Below, one piece after another: positions 60,426 through 64,000 of a stretch of 64,000 bases of DNA (its first letter is position 1; the number at the start of each line of letters is the position of its first letter). The DNA comes from Klebsormidium nitens (taxonomy: Eukaryota > Plantae > Klebsormidiophyceae), in the NCBI GenBank assembly GCA_000708835.1, contig DF237113.1, forward strand, positions 62,001 through 126,000. Reading direction: 5' to 3'. Made by a program: the position numbers and the translations under genes. The notes beneath the pieces are model-generated. The model was not told the DNA's origin and did no database searches. It was given only the letters and a program-made list of their open reading frames with translations.

Positions 60426-63400
60426 CTAAGCACAAGGATAAATGTAAGGTTAAGTTTAATGATGTTACCAGCTTGAGGTGGGTGGGATAACTTGGGGGTG
60501 TATTGTAGGTACAAATGCGGAGCGGGTAATTTTAAGGATTAGGGTTTTGGTATAAATTGGGGAACTCGGTTCTACTAAAGCATCCTCTTCCGACAAGGAC
60601 CATTCATTGTACAAGGAGCTCTCAAGATTGGCGCTCCAAGAATGCCAATGAGAAGTCATATCGAGAAAAAATACTTTTGTCTAACTTGGAAGACAAAATC
60701 CTGAAAGCGCCAGATTCCTATTGTTGCTTGACTCTCTGTCCTCATTCCTCAACCAGGAAATCAGTCAACATTGATATCCGCACCCAAAAGCAAAGCTTTT
60801 TCGTCTGAAGAGATAGCCACCAAGACAGTAATCTTCGCAATGACCCTTGCATTGTACAGATTTGGCTTGCAACAGCTTTGCTTGCAGAGCACCAATTGGC
60901 ACATGTCTTGCCTTCAAACCAAACCCTGAAGGACTCATTCTTCATGTGTGTTGGAAAGTTTGTCTGGGAGCCGTTGTAACAACAACTGTGTTTCATTCAT
61001 AGGCTTTCCAGAATATGTCTCACTTTAGTGGCTTCTTCTGCAAGGACAAGCTCTATGTTCTGACCCTCTAAACCCAGGAATTCATGCACAGGTTTCCAGA
61101 AGCCTCCCATTGCCCCCAGAAAGCTGAAAAGCAGTGAGCTTTCCTCAAAAGCATGGAAGCCTCACCAGTGGAAGCCTCATCCCCAGCACAACACTGCGTT
61201 GGGTAAGCTGAGGTCTAAACAACCTGCAATAGAAACATAATGTCAAGCAATAAATCTTCCAAGGGGTTCCCGCAAGCCCAATCATCAAGCTGCTGGGAAG
61301 CACAATCGGAATTTAGCAAGCGACAGATGCTTCAGCATAATAGTGCCTTGAAATGTGAGGGTTGGGGACTTTTCTTTTAGAACTAGTCCAATAGGAGACT
61401 CCTATGCATTTTAGAAAATCAAAGATGTGCCTGCACTCAGGCTGACAGAAACCCTGCGGGTAAAAGATGAATACTGTTTCCTCAGGAGAAGGAGGATTTT
61501 GTGGCTCCCTTTAGCCCCACAAAAGCAGGGAGTTCTTCTTGGCACTTCCCCTGACCTTCTGATTCCAATTGACTCTTACCTTGATTTGTTTTTGAAAATT
61601 GAAGACCAAAATGATGATAGGAAAGGAAGAATGAAAAAAAGGCTGAGGGTAATCTTTGAGGCAGCTGTTCCGCCGGTCTTAAGTAATACTTACGAAAAGT
61701 GGGTCATTCTTATAGAACGAAACAAGCAGCTCTTAGAGAATCTCCTAACCTTCAGAAATATCCATGGGGCCGGTCATCGTAAGCATACTCACCTTTCCTG
61801 GCTCGACGAGGTGGACGCTTTGCATTGCATTCCATATCTGATCGGCGCAACTTGAAGGGCGCCTCCAAAAGCCCTGCAGCTGGCCAAAGAAGAGGCCATC
61901 TTCTTAAGATGCCGTGGGCTCTTACTCAGCTACGAAAGAGCCCTGTCGAAGAGAAGGAGAAAGCTCTTCCAAAAAGTGGAGGAGCGGTTGAACGATGGCG
62001 GCAAGTTGGACCTGCTGGAAAGGCCGGCTTTCGATGGGACAATTTAGCAGGGAAAGTCTTTCTCTTATCGGCCTTGATCATTGATGGGATGAGGAGTGAC
62101 AGGACCTCCATAAATGACAGTTGACTCGAGCAGACATTGGGATTGGGAGGACTCCAAACTTTCTAGAACGTCAGCAAAGCGAATCTGCACTGAAGGCTGA
62201 AGCTCTTCAGCCTGCCTGCCGCCCGCCTGCCGCCAGTGCCGCGTCCATGGACCATCATAGGTATCATGCTTCTGACTTCATCATGCATGGAGCTCTCTTT
62301 GACTGTGCACCGTACGGCAGGACGACTGCACCAGAGAATATTTAATACTCGCGTTGCCGAGTCAACTCCGCTGGACGACAAAATCGCTAGAGTTACTGTC
62401 GTAGGTTCTGCCCGGGGGACAAGGGGGTTTTGGCTTTGGTTACTGAGCTCAAGCACAGAGAAAAACACTGGTCTAGACTCCCAACCCTCTCGGTTAGACC
62501 TTGTTCCGTCGACACATTCCCAGGGCCTTCGAAGCGGGCCCGGCTCCGACCGACACGGAGGCCGACTTTAACGGAATCGTCGAACGTGTCCCGGCCATCA
62601 TCAACTGCCACCTGTGTCCAGTGCGGCGAACCGTCGTACAAGGTAGTCGTTGAATAGGTTTTAACTCGATATCGTGGTATTAACCTTGACTCATGATAAC
62701 CAGTTCTAGTAGTTGACCCTAAATGGGCCCCGGCCCCCGGGCCTCGGCGGCCCGACGTTTAATTAACGGGCAATTAAATGATATTGCCGTTACCTTTTGA
62801 TAGCGCAAACCGGGTCCAAACAAGTGTCCCGACTCTCTGGTGGAAAGGCAAGGAGAAGTTTAACCTACCGTACCCTTATACCTGTGGGAAACTTTGACCC
62901 CCCGGCTCGAATCATTACGATTGAAAACTCGCACTAACCTTTCGTTCTGAAGCAATGGTTGCACCTTGCGACCCGCACACGGACTCCATTGCTAGCTGCA
63001 CAGCCAGGTTTGACCCGGGTTTAGGTCCAGGTACGTTTGTCGGTGTCGAAGTACGATCGACGATAGGATTCAATCGAAGCCAGACGCAAAACCCTTGCGA
63101 GGCCGTAAGCCACGTGTGGCGGCCGGCATGCCCAAGGGCGGCGCCGCGCGCCGGCCCGGGCTGCACAGTGCAGACTCATGCACGTACCCCGGCCGCCTTT
63201 ATAGACGGTTTCTCGCGCCTTCAAGCGTTGAATGCAAGATTGCTGGCCAGACAGACAGTGCAGTGTCCGACCCAATAGGCCCCTTCAATGTCATGACTCT
63301 TGCTCGCCGGGGTGTTCATCACTTACTGCATTGGGACTTCAAGCCTGCAACCATGTTGCATAAGCTGGCGCGCACGATCGGCATGGGCATGAGCTACGAA

Positions 63401-64000
63401 TGCCACACCGGCCCCTAATTGTCGTACGCACATTGATGTGTTGCCAGATCCGTGCCTGACAGACTTCACTTATGGGCGCACGGAGCTTCAACAGGCTAAT
63501 GATCCGCATGCATTACCGAAAGACTTCAGCATGCCCGTTCATAGGCTTCGAGAAGCGCTTGCATAATTCCAAGCGCAGCAATAATTGGTCGGTTCCGGTG
63601 AGTGTTTCGGACGCAAATCCTCAGCTCAAATGGGGTGCACTGCAGGGGCGGTGGTTATGACTTTTTGAGGGCAGCACAATTTGTTAGGACTGTGCTCCGC
63701 CTACCGCTTCTTTATCGAGGCTCTCTGAGAGCTAACGAACTGTTCCGCAGTGAAAAGTCACGGGATCTTCCAAAACCCCACTGCGCACTTGCGTGAGAAT
63801 TATTTACATCATGAAGAAGGCCCAGCTCTCCCTGGAGTCTTAAGTACGCTGATTCCGGCACATCCCACCGTTTCAGTACGCTTTCTTGCTCGACCGTCAG
63901 TCAACTCGTCCTAATCTGGTCAACGCGGCTTCGCTGTTACAACCCAATCGCATCCAGCAGTTTCCAATGCTCCCAGACTGGCGCCAATGTGTTGGCGACC

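Noticed and set aside
60430-62200. Possible LINE/retroelement remnant
   Set aside because: No RT (YADD), endonuclease or RNase H motifs found; part of the region is better explained as introns/exons of the TM gene.
62700-63450. GC-rich intergenic stretch with partial inverted matches
   Set aside because: Best inverted match is ~16 bp with gaps; no TSD or defined ends.

Overview
Intron-rich eukaryotic nuclear DNA; gene content and style suggest a streptophyte green alga such as Klebsormidium (inference). I assembled seven spliced genes by hand from splice sites, reading-frame phase and protein motifs: (1) the 3' part of an RLD/PRAF-type RCC1-FYVE-coiled-coil-BRX gene (+, 1-7702); (2) a high-affinity nitrate transporter NRT2 (-, 9300-13584); (3) a 16-exon gene (-, 15864-28081, ~915 aa) joining a START-fold PITP lipid-transfer domain, an acidic FFAT-like motif, a B-box zinc finger and DUF547; (4) a CCAR1/EMB1579(RSA1)-like nuclear protein (+, 29270-42927); (5) an alpha/beta hydrolase (+, 45926-49635); (6) a double-AP2 transcription factor with a long tail (+, ~51141-57114); (7) a His-rich multi-TM protein of unknown family (-, 58042-60425, 5' end unresolved). 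There is also a 365-N gap and three TIR-bounded non-autonomous elements. Two signals stand out. First, the PITP-FFAT-like-B-box-DUF547 protein looks like a membrane-contact-site lipid shuttle with a non-canonical headgroup pocket. Second, there is a recurrent pattern of 'splice-junction echoes': decayed tandem copies of exon-intron boundaries lying inside the adjacent intron, at 13 junctions in 4 genes. All domain calls come from motif recognition by eye; no database search was run.
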